In this document: positions 63,892 to 64,000 of the stretch, piece by piece | Position numbering within the stretch: the first letter of the stretch is position 1 | Layout: each line of letters begins with the position of its first letter | Source: Ginglymostoma cirratum | Lineage: Eukaryota | Direction: 5' to 3' | DNA length: 64,000 nucleotides | Assembly (NCBI GenBank): GCA_024137785.1 | Contig: JAHRHZ010000025.1 | Coordinates: 25,474,110 to 25,538,109, forward strand | The notes under the pieces: model-generated | What the model saw: only the letters and a program-made list of their open reading frames with translations | The model's database searches: none | What the model was told of the DNA's origin: nothing | Program-made: the position numbers and the translations under genes

Positions 63892-64000
63892 AAGATAACA
63901 AGCATGGGGCTGGATGAACACAGCAGGTCAAGCAGCATCATAGGAGCAGGAAAACTCGACGTTTCGGGCCTAAACCCTTCATCAGAAATGGGGGAGGGGG
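63892..64000 (-). mobile_element. Young Penelope-type repeat (subfamily A), running off the window edge, interrupting CR1 ORF2
   Basis: Near-identical to 46914-47007 and 31217-31325. Confidence 0.8.
63954..63989 (-). ncRNA. Minimal hammerhead ribozyme motif, intact core (subfamily A)
   Basis: Reverse complement reads ATTT-CTGATGA-A-GGGT-TTAG-GCCC-GAAAC-GTC-GAGT. Confidence 0.75.

Overview
This is eukaryotic, AT-rich and repeat-dense DNA. The repeat families (HE1/V-SINE-type and Deu-domain SINEs, CR1, L2, Rex1/Babar, Penelope) point to a cartilaginous fish, most likely a shark; that assignment is inference. The only protein-coding gene I can support is a complete five-exon HEY-family bHLH-Orange Notch effector on the minus strand, best called heyl: CDS join complement(28086..28843, 36531..36612, 40602..40685, 40769..40835, 41375..41454), 1071 nt, 356 aa, all introns GT-AG. 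Almost all other ORFs in the track are chance ORFs or retroelement fragments. The most notable non-genic signal is a set of eight minimal type-I hammerhead-ribozyme motifs carried by Penelope-like element ends. They fall into two subfamilies, three copies are near-identical with intact cores, and one is attached to a GIY-YIG remnant with a 15-bp target-site duplication. Also present are candidate RBPJ/E-box regulatory modules, a 33-bp internal repeat and degenerate YRPW motif in HeyL, several nested insertions, an old LTR element and an unclassified ~1.4-kb repeat with a 13-bp TGTCA array. Repeat boundaries are by-eye estimates unless a TSD is given. I see no evidence for a prokaryotic-type system such as CRISPR or an operon.
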